Of a stretch of 64,000 nt of DNA, positions 19,091 through 28,652 are shown one piece after another. Position numbers and translations under genes: made by a program. The first letter of the stretch is position 1, and each line of letters begins with the position of its first letter. Under the pieces are notes generated by a model that saw nothing but the letters and a program-made list of their open reading frames with translations, was not told the origin of the DNA and made no database searches. Origin of the DNA: Deltaproteobacteria bacterium (GTDB lineage: Bacteria; Desulfobacterota; Syntrophia; Syntrophales; Smithellaceae). The DNA lies in the NCBI GenBank assembly GCA_026388535.1, contig JAPLJP010000089.1, positions 3,865 through 67,864 on the forward strand, given 5' to 3'.

Positions 19091-19933
19091 TTAAATTATA
19101 TCTTCATTCCTGAAATGCCAGAATAGCACTGCACCGAAAACAAAACAATATATAATGATATTGATTAGAGGATAGACTTGCATGAATTCCAAGATTCCTT
19201 CACCGTTAATAAACGAGGATGCGAAATGTTGCGTACCGGAAAGTTTCGGCCATAAATAATAAACAATATTCCAGCCGGTTAAGTCTGAATGCGGACCCTG
19301 TTGCCGCATCATCGCCTGGGCCATGGGACTATGGCTTATAGCAAATACTCCGTCAGCCACAAAACTAATTATACTTATGCCCATAACACAAAGAAAAGCG
19401 GCTATGTCGGGCATTATCAGCGACAAAAGGAGCACGGCAATAACCACAAAGAGCAGATTGAAGGAACACAGCATAGAGGCGGCAAGGTAGCCGGGCATGA
19501 CAACATTCAACTTTATAAAGACGGTCAGAAATATAATCGCGTGGAGAATAAACATGAAGAAGGACGACAACGCCCAAAGCCCCAGTATCTTGCCTGTAAC
19601 ATACTGCTTGCGGGTTATCGGTTTGGAAAATATACAGGATTGCATTCCTTCATCACGGTCGCGCTTAAAAACACGCATGGAAAGCAGAGCCGCTATGAGC
19701 ATCACGACAACAGCAATAATATGAAAGGTTATTTTCGACACTGTCCCCACAAGTGCCGCGGCTTCAAGCTCCTGGCCGTTAACCATGTAATTGCCTTGAT
19801 AACAACCGCGAATAAGAAAAACAAAAATAACGGATATAACAAACATGACGATAAAGCTCCTCTGACTAACCTCATCGGCAATGGTATATTTCGCAATATT
19901 AATAATGGAGGAAAGCTCTTTCGGCATCTTCAT
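19091..19933 (-). CDS. ABC-2 type transporter permease
   Basis: 280 aa with about 6 TM helices, lying 1 nt downstream of the ABC ATPase gene. Confidence 0.7.
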   Translation of the reverse strand: MKMPKELSSIINIAKYTIADEVSQRSFIVMFVISVIFVFLIRGCYQGNYMVNGQELEAAALVGTVSKITFHIIAVVVMLIAALLSMRVFKRDRDEGMQSCIFSKPITRKQYVTGKILGLWALSSFFMFILHAIIFLTVFIKLNVVMPGYLAASMLCSFNLLFVVIAVLLLSLIMPDIAAFLCVMGISIISFVADGVFAISHSPMAQAMMRQQGPHSDLTGWNIVYYLWPKLSGTQHFASSFINGEGILEFMQVYPLINIIIYCFVFGAVLFWHFRNEDII

Positions 19934-19934
19934 G

Positions 19935-20639
19935 TCAACCTTTCACATATCGGACAAACACATCTTCCAGCGTGTCACCTTCTTTGACCAGAGCGGATAT
20001 TTTATCCTTCACTAAAAGCCTGCCACGATTGATGATTGCGGCGTTATCGCATATTTTCTCCACCTCCGAAAGCAGGTGCGAATTCAGAAAGATTGTCATC
20101 CCCTGATTTTTAAGTGATTCTAAAAGCTGGCGTATTTCTCTGATCCCGATGGGATCAAGGCCGGATGTGGGTTCGTCGAGAATCAACAGTTTAGGATTTC
20201 CCACAAGCGCTGCGCCGAGTCCAAACCTTTGAATCATGCCCTTGGAATAGGTTCCCGCTTTGGTGTGTTCCCTGCCCTGCATGCCGATACTCTCGACGAT
20301 GCGCCGGCATTGCTCCAGCGCGTCGGATCGGCTCATATCCAATAATGCCGCGCAACGCTGCAGATACTGCCATCCGGAAAGATATGGAGGAATATGATAG
20401 TTCTCCGCCAGATAACCAACTGCGGCACGGCTGGCGGCATTTGTACTTGGTAGACCGTTAACCGATAAGTTTCCCGATGTCGTCCGGGTGAAGTCAAGAA
20501 GCATCTTGACTATTGTCGTCTTTCCCGCGCCGTTGGGTCCCAGAAGAGCGAAATACTCCCCTGCTTTGACAGAAAAAGTAACATTGTCAACGGCGGCAAG
20601 AGAACCATACATTTTTGTCGCGGCGTTTAATTCAATCAT
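19935..20639 (-). CDS. ABC transporter ATP-binding protein
   Basis: Walker A GPNGAGKTT, a signature-like YSKGM, and Walker B LLILDEP. Confidence 0.92.
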   Translation of the reverse strand: MIELNAATKMYGSLAAVDNVTFSVKAGEYFALLGPNGAGKTTIVKMLLDFTRTTSGNLSVNGLPSTNAASRAAVGYLAENYHIPPYLSGWQYLQRCAALLDMSRSDALEQCRRIVESIGMQGREHTKAGTYSKGMIQRFGLGAALVGNPKLLILDEPTSGLDPIGIREIRQLLESLKNQGMTIFLNSHLLSEVEKICDNAAIINRGRLLVKDKISALVKEGDTLEDVFVRYVKG

Positions 20640-20645
20640 GTGAGA

Positions 20646-20674
20646 AGTATATTTACCCCTGTCTTTTATGTCAA
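20646..20674 (-). promoter_or_regulatory. Sigma70-type promoter of the ABC operon (leaderless geometry)
   Basis: The minus strand reads TTGACA, 17 nt, TATACT, 6 nt (TCTCAC), then the ATG of the ATPase gene. Confidence 0.5.
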
Positions 20675-20916
20675 TAAAATAGTGGAGTACTTTCCGGCAG
20701 TGGCCTGATGATCCTTATAATAACGCAACATCACGCTAGCTAATGAGCCCCAAGCTTTAATGAGACTCCAATATAACAAGTAAAGCGCAGTCAGATTGGT
20801 AAGTCGAATTATCCCGCAAAGCAGAGGAACAGCCTGCCCAATAAATGACACGTGACCTTCAGGTTATCGGGTAGAAGCAACCATGCCTCCTGCCGGAAAC
20901 GGGAAATTCCAAGTCG
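20662..20916. repeat. Intergenic repeat family, copy A (~255 nt)
   Basis: Shares GTCTTTTATGTCAAT...TAATGAGAC.CCAA...GTCGAATTATCCCGCAAAGCAGAGGAACAGCCTGCCCAATAAATGA...GAAGCAACCATGCC.CCTGCCGGAAACGGGAAATTCCAAGTCGC with copy B. Copy A has an extra 19-nt insert at 20848-20866. Confidence 0.7.
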
Positions 20917-21023
20917 CTAGTTTAACCATAAAAAGTAAGAAGTGTCTTCGTTTTATGTGCTTCTCTTACAACTCGTCAAAGAAGATAAAACCATAAATTA
21001 ACAATTACTTGTGAGACTATTCA

Positions 21024-21058
21024 TAAAAAAGGCAGAGTCATTGCTGACCCTGCCTTTA
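21024..21058 (-). terminator. Rho-independent terminator of the delta-60 lipoprotein gene
   Basis: The minus strand reads AAAGGCAG, a 14-nt loop, then CTGCCTTT, followed by TTTTAT. It lies about 40 nt after the stop codon. Confidence 0.55.
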
Positions 21059-21096
21059 ATTACTGCTCTGTTATTCAAAACGAACTCTGTTGAATT

Positions 21097-22320
21097 TTAC
21101 GGCCAATACCTCACAAGGGCAAAGTCTTCGCCTGACTCTCCTACTGCAACAATCTTTCCATCTGGTTGGATGGCAACGCCATTGGCTATATCCTTCAGAT
21201 CTGTAGCCCCGATATTGGTTACAACTACGCCTGGTATAGTGCCTGTTGAATTAAAGGATGTTGTATCAAGAGCGCCGCTGGTAGTGTAACGCGCAATGGC
21301 AAAATCCTCATGGTTGCCGGCACCGGTGTTCTTTGAATACCCTGCCGCAACTATCTTTTGGTCTGACTGAATGGCAATGCTATTGGCTATTGATTTTTCT
21401 GTACCGATTGCGGTTGTAACTACGCCGTCTCCATCAAAGTCCGTATCAAGAGAACCATCGGTATTATACCTCGCAAGGGCAAACGCATTGTCTGACTCTC
21501 CCGCCACAACAATCTTTTGATCTGTCTGAATGGCAACGCCATGAGCTATATCTTTCAGGTCTGTAGCCCCGATATTGGTTACAACTACGCCTGGTATAGT
21601 ACCTGTTGAATTAAAGGATGTTGTATCAAGAGCGCCGCTGGTAGTGTAACGCGCAACGGCAAAATCCTCATGGTTGCCGGCGCCGGCGTTCTTTGAATAC
21701 CCTGCCGCAACTATCTTTCCATCTGACTGTATGGCAACACTATTGGCTATAGACTTATCAGTCCCGATGGGAGTTATAACTACGCCGAGAGTACCAAAGG
21801 TTGTATCAAGAGAACCATCGGTATTATACCTCGCAAGGGCAAACGCATTGTCCGATTCTCCCGCAACAACAATCTTTCCATCTGACTGGACGGCAACACC
21901 ATTGGCTATATCCTTTGTACCGATTGCGGTTGTAACTGCGCCTGGTAAATCACCGGTTGGATTAAAGTATGTTGCATCAAGAGTGCCGGAGAATGAAACA
22001 GTTACCGTATATATTGCTGTTGAGGCATCAGCCGCTGTCACTGTATAATCCACAGGTAATGAAAAGTTTTGTGCGCCTGCAGGGCTTATACTTGCTCCCG
22101 TGTGGGTAATTGCCGGGGTTATTGACGTTAAATCTGTGCCGATGGGCACACCTACCGTTATTGTTTTCCCCGTTTCATTAATAAACCCGTTAAATCCGTT
22201 CAGGGAAAATGCCGTAATAGCTTTTGCTGATGATAATGGTGCGGGACTACTACTGCTACTACTGCAACCCGTGATAACCATAATCAAGACAGCCACCAAC
22301 AATATAAATATTTTTTTCAT
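21097..22320 (-). CDS. Lipoprotein with N-terminal Ig-like domain and delta-60 repeat beta-propeller
   Basis: Start set at MKKIFILLVAVLIMVITGCSSS (lipobox), preceded by AAGGAGGGA. Repeated units of the form ...RYNTDGSLDTTFG..GVV.T.IGT..IANSVAIQSDGKIVAAGYS match the delta-60 repeat pattern. Confidence 0.75.
   Translation of the reverse strand: MKKIFILLVAVLIMVITGCSSSSSSPAPLSSAKAITAFSLNGFNGFINETGKTITVGVPIGTDLTSITPAITHTGASISPAGAQNFSLPVDYTVTAADASTAIYTVTVSFSGTLDATYFNPTGDLPGAVTTAIGTKDIANGVAVQSDGKIVVAGESDNAFALARYNTDGSLDTTFGTLGVVITPIGTDKSIANSVAIQSDGKIVAAGYSKNAGAGNHEDFAVARYTTSGALDTTSFNSTGTIPGVVVTNIGATDLKDIAHGVAIQTDQKIVVAGESDNAFALARYNTDGSLDTDFDGDGVVTTAIGTEKSIANSIAIQSDQKIVAAGYSKNTGAGNHEDFAIARYTTSGALDTTSFNSTGTIPGVVVTNIGATDLKDIANGVAIQPDGKIVAVGESGEDFALVRYWP
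21121..21960. repeat. 360-bp tandem repeat, about 2.3 copies, inside the delta-60 gene
   Basis: 21121-21480 and 21481-21840 align base for base with few differences. For example, 21171-21355 versus 21531-21715 are nearly identical. A partial third unit starts at 21841. Confidence 0.8.
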
Positions 22321-22368
22321 TGCTCCCTCCTTTCGCAAATAAAATTTTTTCGTATCAGCTTTGTGTAA

Positions 22369-22397
22369 ATTTTACATAAAATGGTCTTTTATGTCAA
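22369..22397 (-). promoter_or_regulatory. Sigma70-type promoter of the delta-60 lipoprotein gene
   Basis: The minus strand reads TTGACA, then TAAAAGACCATTTTATG (17 nt), then TAAAAT. It lies about 45 nt upstream of the ATG at 22320. Confidence 0.5.
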
Positions 22398-22632
22398 TCA
22401 CATAGTGAATCGCCCGGATGGTCCCTATACTAACAGTATATTCAGCGAGTTAATGAGACCCAATCTCAAAAACAAAGTGCATAACCGGAATAAACGAAAG
22501 GTCACCATGGGGTCATTTGTGACTGAAGCTTTCTGGTCGAATTATCCCGCAAAGCAGAGGAACAGCCTGCCCAATAAATGATCGGGGAGAAGCAACCATG
22601 CCCCCTGCCGGAAACGGGAAATTCCAAGTCGC
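22384..22632. repeat. Intergenic repeat family, copy B (~250 nt)
   Basis: Same orientation and order of blocks as copy A. The 3' ~100 nt (22536-22632) are nearly identical to 20802-20916 apart from the 19-nt indel. Confidence 0.7.
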
Positions 22633-22814
22633 GGGATTGACCACACAATGTGAGACACAGTGTAGATGTTTGTCGTTGGGAGTTAATCGTTTTTATTTCC
22701 TATTTAAATGTTGAGTAAATTGGAGAAATAAACAAAACAGTCTTACAGGAAGAAATAATCTGAATGCCAAAAATACTGATTTGCCGCGACCGTTATTTTT
22801 AAGTTATAGATATT

Positions 22815-23078
22815 TTATTTTTCAGCTTCTTCGTTTATTTTATTTGCCGTATCTTCATTTATTTTATTTACTGCGTCTTCGGCGGCCTGATTGGCTCGGT
22901 TCACGGCGTCACTAGCCCTCTGTGCTTTTTCAATAGCCGGCTTGGCCTGTTCCGCGCCCTGCATCATTACTGTGGCCATCGGCTTGGAAAAGTACTTTGC
23001 CCACCAAAGCACGGCAATTATAATCAGCACAATTATCACAAACAAAACCAGATTTGAAATGCCTTTTTTATTGTTCAT
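22815..23078 (-). CDS. Small N-terminally membrane-anchored protein with a charged helical tail
   Basis: 87 aa with one TM helix (LVLFVIIVLIIIAVLWW) and a repetitive NKINED/NKINEE tail. I recognised no family. Confidence 0.45.
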   Translation of the reverse strand: MNNKKGISNLVLFVIIVLIIIAVLWWAKYFSKPMATVMMQGAEQAKPAIEKAQRASDAVNRANQAAEDAVNKINEDTANKINEEAEK

Positions 23079-23124
23079 CTTTTAAGTCCTCCATCGTTAT
23101 GATGTTAGTTATACAAGAGAGTTC

Positions 23125-24336
23125 TTAATCCACGCGGATGACGACGGCATCACCCTGAGCCAGGCCGCCGCAGATGCCAGCAACTCCGCAGCCGCCGCCG
23201 CGGCGCTTAAGTTCGTACATCATGGTCATCAAGATGCGTCCGCCGCTGGCGCCCACCGGATGGCCGATGGCGATGGCCCCGCCGTTAGGGTTGGTCTTTT
23301 TAAGCATCTCCCGCCATCTGGTTTCGTCGCCGCCGGCCAGCATCTTGGTTGATATCAAGGTGACGGCCGCGAACGCTTCGTTAATTTCTATTATTTTCAT
23401 ATCGTCTATGGTAAGCGACGCGCGGTTAAGTGCCTTGCCGATGACGGTTGCCGGCAGTTCGGCCATACGTCTGGGCTCGCCCGCACCGCTGGCCATAGCT
23501 AAAATTGTTGCCAGAGGTTTGATGCCCAGTTTTTGGGCTTTGGCACGGCGCATGATAATTACGGCTGTTGCTCCGGCATCCAGGCCTGGAGCATTGCCCG
23601 CGGTCACGGTAGGACTGCCGTAAATGGTCTTTAATTTAGCCAGCGCTTCGATTGTGGTATCAGGCCGGGGAAGTTCATCCTTGCTGAACATAACCGGCGC
23701 GCCCTTCTTGGAAGGCAGTTCCACGCTCACCAATTCATCGTTGAATCTTCCGGCCTTATCGGCCGCGGCCCATTTCTGGTGTGAACTCAGAGCCCACGCG
23801 TCCTGCTCCTCGCGCGAAATGCCGTGCTCAATAGCGATCTCACCGGCATCACTTCCCAGCGGAGTATACTCGCGGTATGTTATGGGATTGAGATAATCCT
23901 GAATCAACAGCGGTTTCATTCCCACGCCCCAGCGATGACCATTGATTAAGAGCGGTGTGTTGCTCATATTCTCCGCTCCCACAGCCATGCAGGCATCGGC
24001 TTCGGAAAGTAAAATAGCCCGGCGCCCCAATTGCACCGCGCACAACGACGAACAGCAGGCCCTGTCCAGAGTAAGTGATACCAGCGTATTCGGCAAACCC
24101 GCGCGTAAGATAGCTTGACGTGCGTTAACATTATCATACAGGGCTGCTTCCGCCTGATCGCACATGCCGTAATAAACCTCATCAATGTCTTCGCCTTGGA
24201 GACCAGCCCGCTTCAAGCTTTCCTTGATTACTATCACGCCCAGGTCTGTGCTGTGTACTTCCTTGAGCGCGCCGCCGAATTTGCTAAAAGGAGTGCGAAC
24301 CCCGCTGACAATGACTATATCGTCTTTATTGCTCAT
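23125..24336 (-). CDS. Acetyl-CoA C-acetyltransferase (thiolase)
   Basis: Active-site Cys context (LDRACCSSL) and C-terminal NPNGGAIAIGHPVGASG and GICGGLAQG motifs. Confidence 0.92.
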   Translation of the reverse strand: MSNKDDIVIVSGVRTPFSKFGGALKEVHSTDLGVIVIKESLKRAGLQGEDIDEVYYGMCDQAEAALYDNVNARQAILRAGLPNTLVSLTLDRACCSSLCAVQLGRRAILLSEADACMAVGAENMSNTPLLINGHRWGVGMKPLLIQDYLNPITYREYTPLGSDAGEIAIEHGISREEQDAWALSSHQKWAAADKAGRFNDELVSVELPSKKGAPVMFSKDELPRPDTTIEALAKLKTIYGSPTVTAGNAPGLDAGATAVIIMRRAKAQKLGIKPLATILAMASGAGEPRRMAELPATVIGKALNRASLTIDDMKIIEINEAFAAVTLISTKMLAGGDETRWREMLKKTNPNGGAIAIGHPVGASGGRILMTMMYELKRRGGGCGVAGICGGLAQGDAVVIRVD

Positions 24337-24447
24337 AACAAACAGTCTCCTTAATCGTGTATTGAAAAATATTACTTTTTATTATAGGAATGAAAATATA
24401 AATGGTGTCAATTAATTATTCTTATAAATTAAGGAGTAAGACGCAAC

Positions 24448-24897
24448 ATGTCGCAAATATATCAATATAGATTAACTGTTCCTAAAGAAGCGGAGGATGT
24501 TAACGGCCACGTAAACAATATTGAGTATTTACGCTGGATGCAAGACGCCGCCATTCTTCATTCAGACAGTCAGGGATGCACAAAAGCCACGATGGACGTC
24601 GGCGCGACTTGGGTTGTCCGGATGCATCACATCGAATACTTACGTCCCGCGTTCGCCGGTGAAGAAATTATTGTTTTAACGTGGGTGGCCGACTTCCGCC
24701 GGGTGCAATCTCTCCGCAAATACAGAATTATCCGCGTTAAAGATAATGTTGTTCTTGTCGAAGGCGAGACCGATTGGGTTTTCGTTGCGGTCAAAACCGG
24801 CCGTCTGCGCTCAATACCAAAAAATGTTATGGCCGCTTTCGAAATGCTGCCCAAAGAAAAAGAACAGGAAATTTTTAAGCATATAAAATATTGTTAA
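24448..24897 (+). CDS. Acyl-CoA thioesterase (4HBT/YbgC-like hotdog fold)
   Basis: Contains the DVNGHVNNIEYLRWMQDAA motif. The length of 149 aa is typical for this fold. Confidence 0.8.
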   Translation: MSQIYQYRLTVPKEAEDVNGHVNNIEYLRWMQDAAILHSDSQGCTKATMDVGATWVVRMHHIEYLRPAFAGEEIIVLTWVADFRRVQSLRKYRIIRVKDNVVLVEGETDWVFVAVKTGRLRSIPKNVMAAFEMLPKEKEQEIFKHIKYC

Positions 24898-24983
24898 GTG
24901 CTCAAGAAATAATTCTTAATTTGCAGGATAAAATAAACATAATATTTTCAATTAAAAACACTTCATTTCACCTGTATTTTCAC

Positions 24984-25012
24984 TTGACACGCAATCGCAC
25001 ATTTTCTATTAT
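24984..25012 (+). promoter_or_regulatory. Sigma70-type promoter upstream of the HEAT-repeat gene
   Basis: TTGACA, then CGCAATCGCACATTTTC (17 nt), then TATTAT. It lies about 58 nt upstream of the ATG at 25071. Confidence 0.45.
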
Positions 25013-25070
25013 TTATTAAAATAATTTCTTTATCTTAAGATGGAGTCACTTTTTTTATCGGGAGGAAATA

Positions 25071-27056
25071 ATGCCGGATACAGAAATACAGCTAAAAGCC
25101 ATGGATGTGCTTGTACTTATGCACACGGCAATAAAGAATATGCAGCTATATCCGCCTGCCAGCCCCACGATTACCAGCTCCATCGAAAAGCTTTATATTC
25201 AGTTTCTGGATTTTTTTAAAAAGGAGGCTCCTTTTGTTTTCGCGGAATCAGAAAGGAAAGCGCTGCTGCGCGGGAAACTTCTGAGCCAGAAAGAACAGGA
25301 AGCCATTCATGTTGCTTCTCTGTTGGATATACTTCTCAATTTAGGCGTCAAAGGCATTTTTTTCGATAAAGGTTTGGAAAAGGAAGAACTCAATACTTTC
25401 ATAAAACTTATCGCGAAAAGATCGGAAGTTATCTTCGATGAGGGCGGACTGCCCGATCTTATGGCTAAAAATAAAATTATTCATATTTATCTGGATAAAA
25501 AAGTATATGTTGCAATGGGTAATGATCAGAAAGTAATCTCACAATTTAATATTAACGATGACCAGATTGCTAATTTCCTGATGAACACTCATCCCGAACT
25601 AGGGAGAGATTCCGAAAAACTTAAAGAGATGACAAAAGATCCGGAATGGTTGTTGCGGACATTTCATGCCGGATTATCCCAATTGATGTCGCAAAAGGAA
25701 AAATTATCAGACTTTCAGTTTTCTAATAATTTACAGAGTATGCTTTTTATTCTGGATAAGGTTTCCTCTACTCTCAACAATAAGGACAGAAATAAAATAT
25801 CGCAGAATATCGGAAAGGCAATTGTCTCTAATGACATCGCAAGAAATCTGACTGTTCAGAATATGGAAGAGCTTTTCGGCGGAATGCTGCTGGAATCTAT
25901 TACCGGTATTCCGAATATGAAGGAATATCTTACTTCAGCGGCTGACTTATCCGAAAAAGACCAAAAACCTGAAAGCGCTTCTATACTAGAGAGGCCTATT
26001 GGCAGCTTGGTTGAAGACCTGTTCAATGAAAATGCAGACATACGTATTCAAGCTTCCAATGCTCTGGCCAAAATAATTGATTCTTTTTCTCCCGACCAAC
26101 AAATCGCTCTGCTCAAAAGGTTATCCGGACGTCTGGTTGAGTGGATAAAACTGGAAACATTTGTAACGCCTTCTTACAAAGAAATATGTTTCCACTTGCA
26201 GACACTTATTCAAGACTTTATCAATCAGGAAAGTTTTGCCGAAACAGTTCCGATTATGGACGTTTTCAGCAACATTAATACAGGAGCGCTGAAAAAAAAT
26301 GATAAAGTGCGTGAGGTATCTTTGGATGTCCTCCAAAATCTGGCCTCCGAGGATAACATTAACACGCTTTTTAAAGAACTAAATACAAACCAAAAAGATA
26401 AACGCACTGAAGCAGGACAAATACTGGCCGGATTCGACGAAATAATTTTGAGCAAATTACTCGATTTTGTCCGGGATATAACCGACAGTGATGAACGTGT
26501 ACGCGTTATCCATCTTGTTCTCCGTATGGGACACAGGGCAATCCCGGTCATCAAGAACCGGATTAACAGCAGCGCTCCATGGTATTACTTGCGTAATCTG
26601 GCCTATATTCTCGGTCATATTGGCAATGAAACGAACACTTATGTACTCCAGCCTCTCTTGCTTCACAAAAACGACAAGGTCCGTATGGAAGCTTTAAAAA
26701 GCATTTATCATACAGGAGGCAATCAAAGAGGACCGTTGCTATTGTCTGTTCTGCCTAAGGCGGATGATGAATTAAGATTTAACATAATTGAAATGCTCGG
26801 TAAATTGAAATACGCCAACGCGGTGCCTAATCTACTTGATATACTGAAGAACAAATCCTTGATGTCTAAGGATGAACACATAGCTTTACAGGAAAAAGTT
26901 TGCGATGCGCTTGGAGCTATCGGGTCACCTGAAGCTATACCACCGCTTTCAGAAATTGCCGAATCAAAATCATTCTTAGGAATCGGGTCGTATCCGGTAA
27001 GAATAAAATACGCAGCAAAGAGAGCGCTGGATTCCATAAAAAGAAAACAGAGTTAG
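25071..27056 (+). CDS. HEAT-repeat protein
   Basis: 661 aa. The C-terminal third shows PBS-lyase/HEAT-like repeats (DERVRVIHLVLRMG, NDKVRMEALKSI, ALGAIGSPEAIPPL). I did not recognise the N-terminal region. Confidence 0.6.
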   Translation: MPDTEIQLKAMDVLVLMHTAIKNMQLYPPASPTITSSIEKLYIQFLDFFKKEAPFVFAESERKALLRGKLLSQKEQEAIHVASLLDILLNLGVKGIFFDKGLEKEELNTFIKLIAKRSEVIFDEGGLPDLMAKNKIIHIYLDKKVYVAMGNDQKVISQFNINDDQIANFLMNTHPELGRDSEKLKEMTKDPEWLLRTFHAGLSQLMSQKEKLSDFQFSNNLQSMLFILDKVSSTLNNKDRNKISQNIGKAIVSNDIARNLTVQNMEELFGGMLLESITGIPNMKEYLTSAADLSEKDQKPESASILERPIGSLVEDLFNENADIRIQASNALAKIIDSFSPDQQIALLKRLSGRLVEWIKLETFVTPSYKEICFHLQTLIQDFINQESFAETVPIMDVFSNINTGALKKNDKVREVSLDVLQNLASEDNINTLFKELNTNQKDKRTEAGQILAGFDEIILSKLLDFVRDITDSDERVRVIHLVLRMGHRAIPVIKNRINSSAPWYYLRNLAYILGHIGNETNTYVLQPLLLHKNDKVRMEALKSIYHTGGNQRGPLLLSVLPKADDELRFNIIEMLGKLKYANAVPNLLDILKNKSLMSKDEHIALQEKVCDALGAIGSPEAIPPLSEIAESKSFLGIGSYPVRIKYAAKRALDSIKRKQS

Positions 27057-27103
27057 TCCGGTATTGCCGAAAACTGTTTCCAGTGCTGAAGCTGTTAAAT
27101 ATT

Positions 27104-27733
27104 TTACCTTTCTTGCAACGCTGAATTTATTATTTTATTGATTCCGCGGGCGGCCGCTTCAGGAGTGGAAGCCGCGCAAATCGCGGACACAACGGCAACG
27201 CAATCAGCTCCGGCCTTCACAACTTCTCTTACATTGGATTCATTAATCCCGCCTATCGCGACCAAAGGATGCCTGCTGAAAGCTTTGATTTTTACAAGAC
27301 CTTCCAGACCCCATGCGCCTTTCGTGTCCGATTTTGTCGGCGTAGCGAAAACCGGACTGACACCGATATAATTTACATCGAGTTTCCGGCTTGTCTCGAC
27401 ATCTTTCCACGTTTCCACCGAAAGGCCTATTATTGCTTTTGGCCCCATAAGTTTTCGAACAATTTCATAGGGCATATCTTCCTGTCCGATATGAACGCCT
27501 TGGGCGCCGCAGGCCAGAGCCACATCAACGCGGTCATTTATTATCAACGGGACCTTATACGGCTCTAAAAGTTTTTTAATTCTTCTTGCTTCTTCCACAA
27601 AAAAACGCGTGGAGATTTCTTTCTCGCGCAGTTGCACATAAGACGCGCCGCCTTTGACCGCCTGAATAACAACTTCTTCCAGCGGTCTTCTTCCGCACAA
27701 ACCGCGATCAGTAACTAAATACAGGCCGCGCAT
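27104..27733 (-). CDS. thiE: Thiamine-phosphate synthase
   Basis: Contains LYLVTDR, VQLREK, INDRVDVA and GVSPVFATPTK motifs. Confidence 0.92.
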   Translation of the reverse strand: MRGLYLVTDRGLCGRRPLEEVVIQAVKGGASYVQLREKEISTRFFVEEARRIKKLLEPYKVPLIINDRVDVALACGAQGVHIGQEDMPYEIVRKLMGPKAIIGLSVETWKDVETSRKLDVNYIGVSPVFATPTKSDTKGAWGLEGLVKIKAFSRHPLVAIGGINESNVREVVKAGADCVAVVSAICAASTPEAAARGINKIINSALQER

Positions 27734-27735
27734 AA

Positions 27736-28539
27736 CTAATCCTCAACTTTTAAAAGCCTGCTGATATCATCTTCAGACATGAGATAAAGATAATCAAGAA
27801 AATGAATCTGGAGACTTCCCGGTCCGGCGGCAGTTTTTGCGGCCATTTCTCCGGCAATACCCATCACCGCCATAGCATTGACTGCTGCGGCAAAAGGCGC
27901 TTTTTCCACCGCGGCAAAGGCGCCGCATAAAGCGGATGCCGTACAGCCTAATCCCGTGACTCTGGACATCAATTGATGACCATTTTTGATCTTCATAATT
28001 TTTTCTTTATCAATAATGTAATCAGTCGCCCCGCTGATGCAGACGACGCATTTATGAGTTTCACTTAATCTCCTCGCTATCTCAATCGCCGCATCCGCAG
28101 AGGCGGCGCTGTCCACTCCTTTTGTTCTTGCTTTGTCATCATAAAGGGCCATAATCTCCGAAGCGTTCCCCCGAATAATAGCAGGCGGCTCATTATTAAT
28201 CAGTTCTCGCGCGGTCTTTGTCCGGTAAGTGGTCGCCCCCGCACCAACCGGATCTAAAATAACGGGGATTCCTTTCTTTCGAGCCTGTCGGGCGGCCCTA
28301 AACATCGAATTTATCCAGTGTTCGCTTAATGTTCCTATGTTGATTACCAGAGCCGAAGCGATATTAACCATCTCCTCGACTTCTTCTTCAGCGTGCGCCA
28401 TGACCGGAGACGCCCCGATTGCAAGCAGGGCGTTGGCCGTGCTATTCATAACCACGTAATTAGTAATGTTATGCACAACTGGCGATTCGCGACGAATCGC
28501 TTCTATTGATTTATAAATTTCCGCTGCTGTTATCTTCAT
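27736..28539 (-). CDS. thiM: Hydroxyethylthiazole kinase
   Basis: Contains HNITNYVVMNSTANALLAIGASPVMA and DPVGAGAT motifs, and is adjacent to thiE. Confidence 0.92.
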   Translation of the reverse strand: MKITAAEIYKSIEAIRRESPVVHNITNYVVMNSTANALLAIGASPVMAHAEEEVEEMVNIASALVINIGTLSEHWINSMFRAARQARKKGIPVILDPVGAGATTYRTKTARELINNEPPAIIRGNASEIMALYDDKARTKGVDSAASADAAIEIARRLSETHKCVVCISGATDYIIDKEKIMKIKNGHQLMSRVTGLGCTASALCGAFAAVEKAPFAAAVNAMAVMGIAGEMAAKTAAGPGSLQIHFLDYLYLMSEDDISRLLKVED

Positions 28540-28623
28540 GATTCTTCACCTCTTATATTTTTTTTATTTATCAATATAATCAAATTTCGTCAACTCGCTT
28601 TAAATAATCTATGACCATTTTTC

Positions 28624-28652
28624 TTGACTATGGTTATTTATTAATTATATTA
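28624..28652 (+). promoter_or_regulatory. Possible promoter of the TPR protein gene
   Basis: TTGACT, a 16-17 nt spacer, then TATATT/ATATTA. The region is AT-rich, so this call is weak. Confidence 0.3.

Noticed and set aside
19289-19987. 232-aa plus-strand ORF
   Set aside because: It is antisense to the ABC-2 permease. Its His/Lys/Asn-rich translation is typical of the reverse frame of a hydrophobic membrane gene.
20666-20851. 61-aa (minus) and 66-aa (22381..22581, plus) ORFs inside repeat copies A and B
   Set aside because: They lie on opposite strands of homologous DNA. A 19-nt indel between the copies breaks any common frame, so the repeats are treated as non-coding.
21097-22338. Periodic repeats that might be mistaken for a CRISPR array or a DGR variable/template pair
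   Set aside because: The period is 360 bp within one continuous ORF encoding delta-60 blades. There are no short repeat-spacer units, no reverse transcriptase, and no adenine-specific differences between copies.
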